From: Alphaproteobacteria bacterium
GTDB taxonomy: Bacteria > Pseudomonadota > Alphaproteobacteria > CAAHEQ01 > UBA3637
Assembly (NCBI GenBank): GCA_045605805.1
Contig: JAZUQR010000010.1
Span: forward strand, 70,815 to 134,814
Length of the DNA: 64,000 nucleotides
Direction of reading: 5' to 3'
Shown: positions 1 to 8,591 of the stretch, piece by piece
Numbering within the stretch: the first letter of the stretch is position 1
How the letters are laid out: each line of letters starts with the position of its first letter
Made by a program: the position numbers and the translations under genes
The notes under the pieces: generated by a model
What the model was told of the DNA's origin: nothing
The model's database searches: none
The model's input: only the letters and a program-made list of their open reading frames with translations

Positions 1-180
1 GCCTTTGTTTTCAATGCTTCTGCCTTGGGATGTCAATTTTTCATTCCAGAGATTGTTGAATGTATTCAGACTGAGCTTAGATGAGAAAAAAGTGTTTCTA
101 TAACACGCTTATTTCTATTACCAGTTCTGGTGGCCTATTTCTTTATTTTTTTCTTGCTAAAAAAGCACACACATGCTACC

Positions 181-215
181 CTATCCGTATATCAATAATA
201 ATTATTTACGGATAG
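181..215 (+). promoter_or_regulatory. Perfect 9-bp inverted repeat (ctatccgta-N17-tacggatag) ending 5 nt upstream of the anmK-like start codon. Candidate operator or translation-control hairpin.
   Basis: Read directly: ctatccgta at 181-189 and tacggatag at 207-215. ATG at 220. Confidence 0.25.
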
Positions 216-219
216 AAAA

Positions 220-1527
220 ATGACAAAATATCGTATCATTGGCAATATGACCGGAAATTCTATGGATGCAATAGATTTAGTTTTAACAGAATTTGACGGT
301 GATATAATGCGAGACATTTGTACATACACAAAACCTTATTCTAAAGATATGCAGAATAAAGTTGAAAGTTTGCGTGCAAAGGTCTTTAATAAAACATCCA
401 CAGAGATAGAAACCCTTCCAGAATTTACTTCTGTCCATGATGAATATATTCGCCAAATTGCAGAATGTATTAATGAAATGTGTGAAAAATACGACATTGA
501 CAAAAACAATATTGATGCAATAGGATTTCATGGCAAAACACTAGACCATAATCCGCCATCAAAAGCTTGTTTAGACGGAAGTCAACCTTATACTTTGCAA
601 ATCGGTTCAGGACAAATGTTGGCCGATTTAACAGATATAGCGGTTGTTTATGATTTTCGTTCAGATCCATTGATGGCCGGCTTTGATGGCGCACCACTGG
701 TTCCACCCCATAATGCTCATATTTCGGCAACAGAGGGAGATGGTTGTTATTATAATGGAGGTAACACATCAAACTTTGCTTTGGTAGTTGATGGCTCTGC
801 ACTAATAGGCGCAGATGCCGGACCTTTTAATGAATATACTGATAATTATATTCGCAACCATACCGATGAATCTTTTGATAGAGATGGAACGTTCGGCAAA
901 AAAGGAATATTAAATAAAGCTTTACTGCAAGAACTATTTAATTTTGGTCGCAAATATTATGAAGCCCCTTTACCAAAATCTGGTGATCCCGCTTATTATT
1001 ACAAGGGACAAATTTTTCAATATATCAATCAGAAAAAATTTAAGTTTGAAGATGTTGTTCATACGTTTGAATATTTTGCAGCTTATATCGCTGTACAAGC
1101 TTTGAGTTTAATACCTAATGATATAAAAATACCAAATAAAATGATTTTGTTTGGTGGAGGCTGGAAAAACCCCATAGTTAAAGAAACTTTTGAAAAATTA
1201 CTAAAAGGTCAGAGATATGTTTTGCCGGAACATCAAGAACAGTTTACTAAATTGTTAAATCGCTTTTCTAGTTGTCCAGAAGTTCGCAACTCAACTTTTG
1301 GTGATTATATGGAAGCCAGATTGTTTGCTGATTTAGCTCGTTACAAATTAGATAATAAAGCGTGGGAAATTCCTGAGATAGTTAAATCAAAAAAATCGGT
1401 AATATGCGGACGGGTTGCAAAACCAAATAAAGATCGTAAAGAATATAACGATAGAGTTAATCGTGCAGCTAAAGGTTGGCAAAATTCTAATAATGTTAAA
1501 AATAAAATAGTAACAATAGAATATTAA
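220..1527 (+). CDS. anmK: Anhydro-N-acetylmuramic acid kinase-like (AnmK family) sugar kinase
   Basis: N-terminus IIGNMTGNSMDAIDLVLTEF resembles the AnmK MSGTSLDGID motif. It is longer (435 aa) than typical AnmK, so the family call is moderate. Confidence 0.5.
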   Translation: MTKYRIIGNMTGNSMDAIDLVLTEFDGDIMRDICTYTKPYSKDMQNKVESLRAKVFNKTSTEIETLPEFTSVHDEYIRQIAECINEMCEKYDIDKNNIDAIGFHGKTLDHNPPSKACLDGSQPYTLQIGSGQMLADLTDIAVVYDFRSDPLMAGFDGAPLVPPHNAHISATEGDGCYYNGGNTSNFALVVDGSALIGADAGPFNEYTDNYIRNHTDESFDRDGTFGKKGILNKALLQELFNFGRKYYEAPLPKSGDPAYYYKGQIFQYINQKKFKFEDVVHTFEYFAAYIAVQALSLIPNDIKIPNKMILFGGGWKNPIVKETFEKLLKGQRYVLPEHQEQFTKLLNRFSSCPEVRNSTFGDYMEARLFADLARYKLDNKAWEIPEIVKSKKSVICGRVAKPNKDRKEYNDRVNRAAKGWQNSNNVKNKIVTIEY

Positions 1528-1694
1528 TTATAATTCGTTTTTTACATCCAATATTTAGTAATTTTCTTGTAAAAATATAAAGGATTAGAAAGGTAGAACA
1601 TAAAAAACAATGTGTTACAACCAATCATAATTTAGCTCGTGAATTGTGCACTGTCCCCAGCCAAAGGAAAGGCCTCCTTTATGGGTGTTTTTTT

Positions 1695-1862
1695 GTTGGG
1701 TTGAGGGGGTGAGAGCCAACGAATGGTTGGTTCGGTCACGAAGCGAAAGCGCAGTAGACACCGAAGGTGGTCCCGAAGGGATAAATCGGCAAGCTGATTT
1801 ACAATCCAGCCACCCCCCCAGCCAAGTTGTGAGAGTCGTCAAATATGGCGACTTTTTCTTTT
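1695..1862 (+). ncRNA. Candidate small structured RNA of unclassified family with its own rho-independent terminator. No protein-coding signal.
   Basis: GC-rich and stem-rich: gggggtgagagcc pairs with ggctgg/cacccccc ~110 nt away. Terminal hairpin gtcgtc-aaatatg-gcgac followed by TTTTT at ~1838-1862. Overlapping ORFs on both strands are low-complexity. The 10-nt direct repeat ccccagccaa flanks it at 1650 and 1816. Confidence 0.25.
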
Positions 1863-1999
1863 GCTTCTAAGTGCTTATTGTGGCTCGGAAGAAGATTTTG
1901 GAAAAGACCTAGAAACAAACTGTCTCAAACTAAAAACAATTTGCTTTCAATATGTTGTATTTTGTGCCATTCTCTAATCCAAAAATAGCAAAAATTCAA

Positions 2000-2557
2000 T
2001 TATCTCTTTTTTAAATCAGAAAATCTTCTATAAACAAGCATCTCTAAATTAGGATGATTTCTGCTTATACCCATTTCTTGACCGTCCCAAATATGACCTT
2101 GAGCCTCAGCAGCTTTTCTAGAACGTGTATTTTCTTTTTGAATTTTTAAGATAACAGAATCTATTCCATTTTCAAACAACACTTTTTCAAAAGCTGTTGT
2201 TGCTTCGGGGCCATAATGTTGCCCCGCAAATTGTTCAAAAAGCATAACACCGAGCTCAATACTTTTGGGATTGTTTGGATTATCAGGATTAAATGCTCCG
2301 ATTGTTCCCATCAATTCATTTGTTTCTTTATTCCAGATGCCGTAATTTATTTCTTTTTCTTCTGATAACACCATTTTAATAAAAGTTTCTTCTTTTTCAA
2401 ATGTCATCGGTTCTTCAAAATGAGGTAAAAATCGTCCTAGCCATTCTCTTGACTTGTTAATAGAATCCACTAATAACTGTATATATTCTTTATCCAGTGT
2501 ATGTTTTTTCAGGACAATGCGTTCAGCTTCTATTTGTTGTGGTAAAACTAATTTCAT
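2000..2557 (-). CDS. GNAT-family N-acetyltransferase (RimJ/RimL-like)
   Basis: 185 aa with a GNAT-like core (…GIWNKETNELMGTIGAF…, …ENTRSRKAAEAQGHIWDGQ…). Confidence 0.55.
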   Translation of the reverse strand: MKLVLPQQIEAERIVLKKHTLDKEYIQLLVDSINKSREWLGRFLPHFEEPMTFEKEETFIKMVLSEEKEINYGIWNKETNELMGTIGAFNPDNPNNPKSIELGVMLFEQFAGQHYGPEATTAFEKVLFENGIDSVILKIQKENTRSRKAAEAQGHIWDGQEMGISRNHPNLEMLVYRRFSDLKKR

Positions 2558-2629
2558 TTTTACAGCCTTTCAGAGATTTTCTATAATTTAACATAGTTTT
2601 TCAGTTGATCAAGTTTCTTTTAGGACTTT

Positions 2630-2857
2630 TCAACAATCTATGCCATTTTCGGTGATTTGGCATTGTTCCACGACAGCCCCAACCGCTTGCTTAAAGTCAT
2701 AGTTAAAAGAAGATATTTTATCCGAAATGATGTTTTCAATTGTCCAACGCAAATCAAAATCATCAAACGCCCAAGCCACTTTTACCATACCGGACATCAG
2801 GCTGACAGTGGTATATACCACACAAAATCCCAAGAAAATAGCTTTTATTTTTTTCAT
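2630..2857 (-). CDS. Small hypothetical secreted or membrane protein. The start at MKKIKAIFLGF is preferred over the longer track ORF.
   Basis: Signal-peptide-like N-terminus MKKIKAIFLGFCVVYTTVSLMSG. No recognisable domain. Sits 14 nt downstream of the deaminase stop. Confidence 0.25.
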   Translation of the reverse strand: MKKIKAIFLGFCVVYTTVSLMSGMVKVAWAFDDFDLRWTIENIISDKISSFNYDFKQAVGAVVEQCQITENGIDC

Positions 2858-2870
2858 TTTTTCTTTCCTT

Positions 2871-3410
2871 TTATCTTTGAGTTTTATACACTTTTTTCCC
2901 ATTTGTGACATAGTCTTTTAACACTTGTTCCCCCGCCTCTGTTTCAAGGTTGCCATAGACAGTTATCCCTCGGTTCTTAAACTCGGTCAACCACCGTGGC
3001 TTAAAGCCTTCATCAAAGCCGGTTATTTCCTCTACACGCTTTGAAGGGACACCGTAATAGACCTCTTTGATACCAGACCACAAAATCCTACCCAAACACA
3101 TCATACACGGTTCGGCTGGCACATAAAGGGACAAATTATAAGGCGATAAATCATAAGTTTTCAAAACTTCTTGCGCTTTTTTAATGGTATTCATTTCGGC
3201 ATGATGATGGCTGCATTGTGTTTGAACAACGGTATTCGCCTCTTTGGCAATCAAGTGTCCGTTTTCATCATACACTGCGGCCAAAAACGGCCCATAGCCT
3301 TGTGTCATCATTTCTTTTAATTCTTGTTGAAGGGAGGCAATGATTTGGCAAGCCTGATTGACTTTTTGTGGATTTATTTTTTCATTCGCAATTATTTTTT
3401 GTGTGGACAT
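2871..3410 (-). CDS. Cytidine/deoxycytidylate-type zinc deaminase (TadA/guanine deaminase-like nucleoside deaminase)
   Basis: HAEMNTI (H-A-E zinc/catalytic motif) and PCMMCLGRI (PCxxC zinc ligands). Confidence 0.6.
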   Translation of the reverse strand: MSTQKIIANEKINPQKVNQACQIIASLQQELKEMMTQGYGPFLAAVYDENGHLIAKEANTVVQTQCSHHHAEMNTIKKAQEVLKTYDLSPYNLSLYVPAEPCMMCLGRILWSGIKEVYYGVPSKRVEEITGFDEGFKPRWLTEFKNRGITVYGNLETEAGEQVLKDYVTNGKKVYKTQR

Positions 3411-3493
3411 TTTTATCTCCTTTTTTCATCATAAGAAAAAAGCGATTATTTGTAAAGTCTTATTTGAAGCAAAAGCCTTTGTGCATTTTTTTC

Positions 3494-3522
3494 TTGATTT
3501 TTCTTTTGCTTTTTGTTATACT
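3494..3522 (+). promoter_or_regulatory. Putative sigma-70 promoter TTGATT-17-TATACT upstream of the DUF4167 gene
   Basis: ttgatt at 3494-3499 and tatact at 3517-3522 with a 17-nt spacer. It lies ~80 nt upstream of the ATG at 3602. Confidence 0.3.
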
Positions 3523-3601
3523 GTTTTTGTTTTGAAAAGGTTTAACATTCAATTCCCTTTATGGAATGCCTTTTTATAATTTACATTTTTTTTGAGGCTT
3601 T

Positions 3602-4054
3602 ATGAAACAGAACAATCACAATCGTCAAAACAGACGCTTTAATAACAGAAATAATCGTCCCACACAAACCATTTATCGCAACACCTGTTTGGATTCTTCC
3701 GGACCTGCTGGTAAGTTGCGTGGAACGCCCTTACAACTCAACGAAAAATATGTGGCTTTAGCCAAAGATGCCGCCACTCAAAATGATATGATTTTGGCTG
3801 AACAGTTTCGTCAATATGCCGATCATTATATGCGTTTACAAAACATTGCCATTGAAAATGAAAATGCTTTGAAGGCTTCAAAATCTGCCCAACAACAGGC
3901 GGGACAAGACTTGCCAAAAGACGAGGATTTGAATGCCAACGCTTCTGTGGAACAGGAAACACAACCGGCAATTCAAGAAGACTTATCCGTTCCTGTGCAA
4001 CAGATGAATGAAATGGCTGAGGTGGCAGCAGATTCTAATCCCGTGTCAGAATAA
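3602..4054 (+). CDS. DUF4167-family protein (conserved alphaproteobacterial protein with an Arg/Asn-rich N-terminus)
   Basis: N-terminus NRQNRRFNNRNNR followed by …YVALAKDAATQNDMILAEQFRQYADHYMRL…, typical of DUF4167. Confidence 0.5.
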   Translation: MKQNNHNRQNRRFNNRNNRPTQTIYRNTCLDSSGPAGKLRGTPLQLNEKYVALAKDAATQNDMILAEQFRQYADHYMRLQNIAIENENALKASKSAQQQAGQDLPKDEDLNANASVEQETQPAIQEDLSVPVQQMNEMAEVAADSNPVSE

Positions 4055-4424
4055 CAACCGCACCGGCAATTTTGTCATCTGCCAATGACACAGAGGCTTG
4101 GACATTATCCCCAAACTTATATTTTAAGCGAGACATCATTTTTTTACTGAGTTTCAACTTTGGGGCACCATTGGTATCATGGCTTAGAGCCACATCTTTC
4201 AATCCGACAAATGATCCAAATCCCGTACCACACGCTTTGGCAAAAGCTTCTTTCACTGCATAATGTTTTGCCCCGTAATTGATTTGGCCTGTGGTTGATA
4301 ATTCCTTGACTTCCTTAAACTCGCTTGGGGTGAGCATTTTTTTATAAAACGCAACGCCCCCTTTGTTTATAATGCGCTTAAAATGGGCAATTTCAACAAG
4401 GTCAAGACCCACTCCGACAATCAT
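4035..4424 (-). CDS. acpS: Holo-[acyl-carrier-protein] synthase (4'-phosphopantetheinyl transferase)
   Basis: MIVGVGLDLVEI… N-terminus and 129-aa length typical of AcpS. The start overlaps the spoT stop by 4 nt. Confidence 0.8.
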   Translation of the reverse strand: MIVGVGLDLVEIAHFKRIINKGGVAFYKKMLTPSEFKEVKELSTTGQINYGAKHYAVKEAFAKACGTGFGSFVGLKDVALSHDTNGAPKLKLSKKMMSRLKYKFGDNVQASVSLADDKIAGAVVILTRD

Positions 4425-6343
4425 TTTTTCTCCTTCGTTTCATAAACCCGTTGAACACCTTTACAACTTCGTATTGCATCTAACACATCCAACAGATGAT
4501 CTTTGCCTTTCACTTTTATCATCGCTTGGGCTTTTGTTTGGCTGTGTTCTTGGGATATAATTGTCATAGATTGAATATCTACTTTCATTTTAGACAATTG
4601 ATTGACAATTTGCCCCATACTTTCGGGATTTGTTTTCCACATAATACTTAATGCAACTACCTGTTTATTGTTGGTTTTATGTGTTGTGTTCCATTCTACA
4701 CTCATCCATTTTTCCGTTTGTGTAAAGTACCTTTTCAAAATTGGGCAGTTTCTTTTGTGAATCACCACTTTATCGTTTTCTTTAATGGCAATTATTGCAT
4801 CTTTTTCTTTTGGATGGCACACTGTATCCAATTCATAAGGAATTCCCTCCGGCAAGCCCAAAATCTCGGGGTTCACTTTCTTTTTAGACCATATTTTTTC
4901 GAAAAATGATTCTTTTTTGGGGGCTTTTTCTTCACTGAAAAAGTTTTCCAACAACAATTTGGCATAGGCCGTTGTCACATCTTTCAACCAACTTTTTTGA
5001 GCCACAATTTTGCTTGTCACTTTGAAGCTCACTTTATCACCATCATTCAGTTTTTGGTTTAATGGCGCTTTTTCGTTGTTGATTTCCACACCCGTGCATT
5101 TTAAGGCCACTTTTGACCCAAGATAACAAGCAAAGTCTAACGCTGTGGCGCCCTGAGGTAAAGAATAGACAATCCCTTTGTGATCAAAACAAAAGATTTT
5201 ATTGCGTTCCATATGCAATTTCGCTCGTCTTAAAAATTCGGCCGGACTTTCGGTGTTTGAAATAAGGGTTAAAAACTCTTTCATCCAAGGCAGATTTTTA
5301 CCATCATATTTTTCGCCTTGTTTATATGACCAATGGGCGGCCATTCCAAACATTGCTGCTTCTTCCATTTTTTCCGTTCTGATTTGGATTTCAAGGGGGA
5401 TTCCTTTTGACGACATTACCGTTGTTTGAAGTGATTGATAGCCGCTGTCTTTTGGAGTGGATATATAATCCTTAAAACGCCCCATAACGGCACGATATCG
5501 TTGATGGACAAGCCCCAAAGTTTTATAACAATCTGGGATATTCTTTGTAATGATTCTGATTCCCAAAACATCAAAAATGGACGACATTTGATTTTGATGC
5601 GTTTGCAATTTGTGCCATAATGAATAAGGCATTTTTACACGCCCAATCACACGAGCTTTGATTTTTGCCACACTCAATATCGTTTCAATTTCCTGAATCA
5701 GATTTTGGATGCTTATGTTTTGTTTCTTTTGCAACCCATTTATTTTTTGTGTTAAATTGTTATAGGCTTGCGGATTCAGCACACGAAACGACAAATCTTC
5801 CAATTCTGTTTTGATTTTATGCAACCCTAATCGTTCTGCCAATGGGACATAAATATCCATTGTTTCTTGAGCTTTGCGTCGTTTCTTTTCTGCGGAACAA
5901 ATATCCAATGTACGCATATTGTGAAGTCTATCCGCCAATTTGACAAACAAAACACGAATATCTTTACTGGATGCCAAAATCAACTTTTGAAAGTTTTCGG
6001 CTTGACCACTTGCCGAAGATTGCAACTGATAACTTTCCAATTTGGTCAACCCTTGCACCAAATCGGCCACACGTTTGCCAAACAACGCTTTGACCGAATC
6101 GTATGAAGCCGGTGTATCTTCCACCGTATCATGCAGTAAGGCGGCCATAATTGTTTCGGCATCCATTTTATAGGCTAACAAGATTTCGGCAACGGCCAAC
6201 GGATGAATCAGGTATTTTTCCCCTGTTTCTCGTTGTTGATCATAATGCATTTTTTCCGCAAAGATACAGGCTCTGCGTAAGCCTTCAATATCTGCCTTTT
6301 TATCGTATTTCTTAACCGATTCTATCAGCTCATCCGACCGCAT
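4421..6343 (-). CDS. spoT: Bifunctional (p)ppGpp synthetase/hydrolase of the RelA/SpoT (Rsh) family
   Basis: HD hydrolase motif HPLAVAEILL…HDTVEDT, synthetase domain, and C-terminal TGS/ACT region. Conserved rpoZ-spoT linkage. Confidence 0.9.
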   Translation of the reverse strand: MRSDELIESVKKYDKKADIEGLRRACIFAEKMHYDQQRETGEKYLIHPLAVAEILLAYKMDAETIMAALLHDTVEDTPASYDSVKALFGKRVADLVQGLTKLESYQLQSSASGQAENFQKLILASSKDIRVLFVKLADRLHNMRTLDICSAEKKRRKAQETMDIYVPLAERLGLHKIKTELEDLSFRVLNPQAYNNLTQKINGLQKKQNISIQNLIQEIETILSVAKIKARVIGRVKMPYSLWHKLQTHQNQMSSIFDVLGIRIITKNIPDCYKTLGLVHQRYRAVMGRFKDYISTPKDSGYQSLQTTVMSSKGIPLEIQIRTEKMEEAAMFGMAAHWSYKQGEKYDGKNLPWMKEFLTLISNTESPAEFLRRAKLHMERNKIFCFDHKGIVYSLPQGATALDFACYLGSKVALKCTGVEINNEKAPLNQKLNDGDKVSFKVTSKIVAQKSWLKDVTTAYAKLLLENFFSEEKAPKKESFFEKIWSKKKVNPEILGLPEGIPYELDTVCHPKEKDAIIAIKENDKVVIHKRNCPILKRYFTQTEKWMSVEWNTTHKTNNKQVVALSIMWKTNPESMGQIVNQLSKMKVDIQSMTIISQEHSQTKAQAMIKVKGKDHLLDVLDAIRSCKGVQRVYETKEKK

Positions 6344-6372
6344 TTTTCCTCCCCATGATTCAGCGGTTTGTT

Positions 6373-6744
6373 TTAAGCGTCTGTTCCCTCAATGACTTGA
6401 AAAGATTCCGATTCCACAAATTCATTATCAGCATACAGGGCATCTTCTTGTAAAGCCCCTGCTAATTCAGATTCCACTTCTTTTAATTCTTCGGCATCAT
6501 TATCGGCCTCGGTTGGCGCGGCATAGCGTTGCATACTTGCCACAACACCTTCGTGCAACAATTTCAAATCAACGGCGTCTTGGCCAATTTCACGCAAGGC
6601 CACAACCGGATTTTTATCCCCTTCTCTGTCCACAACGGGATCTGCCCCAGCATCCAGAGATTTTGCCCGACCTGAGGCCAATAATACCAATTCAAAATGA
6701 TTTGGAACTCGTTGAATACAATCTTCCACTGTTCTGCGTGCCAT
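6373..6744 (-). CDS. rpoZ: DNA-directed RNA polymerase subunit omega
   Basis: MARRTVEDCIQRVPNHFELVLLASGRAKSL matches the RpoZ signature. Immediately upstream of spoT. Confidence 0.85.
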   Translation of the reverse strand: MARRTVEDCIQRVPNHFELVLLASGRAKSLDAGADPVVDREGDKNPVVALREIGQDAVDLKLLHEGVVASMQRYAAPTEADNDAEELKEVESELAGALQEDALYADNEFVESESFQVIEGTDA

Positions 6745-6831
6745 ATGATTATCCTTTCTGATAAAATTTAACTTGTGGATAAGTATATCTTATTTTTTAT
6801 CCAAAATCAAGTTTTTAATGAAAAAACATTC

Positions 6832-6860
6832 TTGCACTTTCGTTTTGTTTCATATATAAT
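6832..6860 (+). promoter_or_regulatory. Putative sigma-70 promoter TTGCAC-17-TATAAT for metG
   Basis: ttgcac at 6832-6837 and tataat at 6855-6860 with a 17-nt spacer. It lies ~30 nt upstream of the metG ATG at 6892. Confidence 0.45.
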
Positions 6861-6891
6861 GTGTAAAAAAGTTTTTTTAGAAGGATTAAAA

Positions 6892-8589
6892 ATGACAAAA
6901 AAGAAATACTTGATTACCTCTGCTTTAACCTATATCAACGGCTTGCCCCATATCGGCCATTTGGCCGGGGCCATGCTCAATGCCGATATTTATGCCAGAT
7001 ATTTGCGTGCCAAAGGGGAGGATGTTTTGTTTGTGGGCGGTACGGATGTGCATGGCACGAAAATTGAAGTAGAAGCCAAAAAAGAGGGCTTATCCTTAGA
7101 GGCTTTCATCAACAAATATCATTTGGAACACAAAAAAGTTTATGAAGGTTTTAATTTGTCTTTTGATGCGTTTGGTAATACTGATTCCAAACAAAACGAA
7201 GAAATGACCTATCGTATTTTTGAAGGGTTAGACAAAAACGGTTATATCTCAGAAAAAATTACACAGAGGGCTTATTGTGCTGATGATGAACAATTTTTGG
7301 CAGACAGCCAAGTGGGGGGTACTTGTCCTTATTGTGGTTATGAAAAAGCAAAGGGCGATCAGTGTGAAAACTGCACAAAGCTGTTGGAACCGGAAGAATT
7401 AAAAAATCCTTACAGCACCATTTCGGGCAGCAAAAATATCGTTTTCAAAGAAACCAAAAATCTTTTTATTGATGTGGATAAAATGCAAGACAATTTGAAT
7501 CGCTGGGTGGAAACAAAAAAAGGTATTTGGTCTGACATTGCTTATACAACCGCAAAAAAATGGCTGAATGAAGGCTTACAGGCTCGGGGCATTACTCGTG
7601 ATTTGAAAAACGGCTTTACCGTTCCCCGTGAAGGATATGAAAACAAAGTGTTTTATGTATGGTTTGATGCCCCGATTGGATATATCGGCATTACAAAAGA
7701 ATGGGTAGATAAAGACCCTTCTAACCGTTCATTGGAAGATTGGTGGTTAAACCCAGATGAAGTTATTCATACCGAGTTTATGGGTAAAGACAATATTCCA
7801 TTTCATTCCATCTTTTTCCCAGCTATGTTATTTGGATCGGGCGAAAAATGGACACAAGTTCATTTCTTAAAAGCAACAAGTTGGTTGAACTTCCCCGGTG
7901 GCAAGATTTCAAAATCCGAACATCGTGGTGTGTTTTTGGATGAGGCTTTGGAAGAGTTTCCGGCTGATTATTGGCGTTATTGGATTTGTGCCAACTGTCC
8001 AGAATCAGACGATTCGTTGTTCTCGTTTGATTCCTTCCAAGCCACCATCAACAAGGATTTGAATGATGTGCTGGGCAATTTTATCAACCGTGTTTTGAAG
8101 ATGACTCATAACAACTTTGGGGATGTTGTGCCACCTTTAGGGGCTTTCACCGAAAAGGAAACCACTTTGTTTGCCACATTGGATGACTTGATTCAAAAAT
8201 ACACCAAACAGATGGACGCCATTGAGTTTAGAAAATCGTTGGCGCTTTTGCGTGAGATTTGGACCGTGGGCAACAACTATATTGCCCAGACAGAACCTTG
8301 GAAAGTTGTCAAAGAAGATAAAGAATATGCAGGCACTATTTTGAACATTGCTTTGAATTTGATTTGGCTGTTTGCTCAGCTGAGTGCGCCTGTGATGCCA
8401 CAAACTGCCACAAAAATGTTGGCTCTGTTTAACAAAGAGCCTTCCTTTACATGGCCTTGTGGCGAGGCAAAAGAATTATTATCCACACTGAAATCCGGTG
8501 ACGCCTTTACACCAAGCGAACCACTTTTCAGAAAAATTACGGATGAAGAAAAAGAACTTTTGAAACAAAAACATCATGAAGGGGTATAA
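6892..8589 (+). CDS. metG: Methionine--tRNA ligase
   Basis: HIGH motif (YINGLPHIGH), zinc knuckle CPYCGYE…CENC, and KMSKS variant KISKS. Start at MTKKKYLITS preferred over the upstream ORF extension. Confidence 0.9.
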   Translation: MTKKKYLITSALTYINGLPHIGHLAGAMLNADIYARYLRAKGEDVLFVGGTDVHGTKIEVEAKKEGLSLEAFINKYHLEHKKVYEGFNLSFDAFGNTDSKQNEEMTYRIFEGLDKNGYISEKITQRAYCADDEQFLADSQVGGTCPYCGYEKAKGDQCENCTKLLEPEELKNPYSTISGSKNIVFKETKNLFIDVDKMQDNLNRWVETKKGIWSDIAYTTAKKWLNEGLQARGITRDLKNGFTVPREGYENKVFYVWFDAPIGYIGITKEWVDKDPSNRSLEDWWLNPDEVIHTEFMGKDNIPFHSIFFPAMLFGSGEKWTQVHFLKATSWLNFPGGKISKSEHRGVFLDEALEEFPADYWRYWICANCPESDDSLFSFDSFQATINKDLNDVLGNFINRVLKMTHNNFGDVVPPLGAFTEKETTLFATLDDLIQKYTKQMDAIEFRKSLALLREIWTVGNNYIAQTEPWKVVKEDKEYAGTILNIALNLIWLFAQLSAPVMPQTATKMLALFNKEPSFTWPCGEAKELLSTLKSGDAFTPSEPLFRKITDEEKELLKQKHHEGV

Positions 8590-8591
8590 TT

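Noticed and set aside
1700-1760. Possible tmRNA tag reading frame (gcc aac gaa … resembling ANDN…).
   Set aside because: No in-frame stop after a ~10-14 codon tag in any frame. No tRNA-like GGTTCGANTCC…CCA acceptor region. The alphaproteobacterial two-piece organisation is not recognisable.
1646-1870. Two mutually antisense ORFs of 74-75 aa in the track (MHCPQPKERPPLW… and MTTLTTWLGGWLDC…).
   Set aside because: They are low-complexity and Pro/Gly/Trp-rich, lying in a GC-rich structured island with a terminator. They are better explained as a non-coding RNA locus.
6771-6790. A perfect DnaA-box 9-mer (tgtggataa = TTATCCACA reverse complement) and a near-copy (ttatccaaa) between rpoZ and metG. 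I considered an origin or DnaA-regulated promoter.
   Set aside because: A single specific 9-mer is expected by chance about once in 2 x 64 kb. There is no cluster of boxes, no adjacent AT-rich DUE pattern beyond the genome-wide AT richness, and dnaA or hemE are not nearby.
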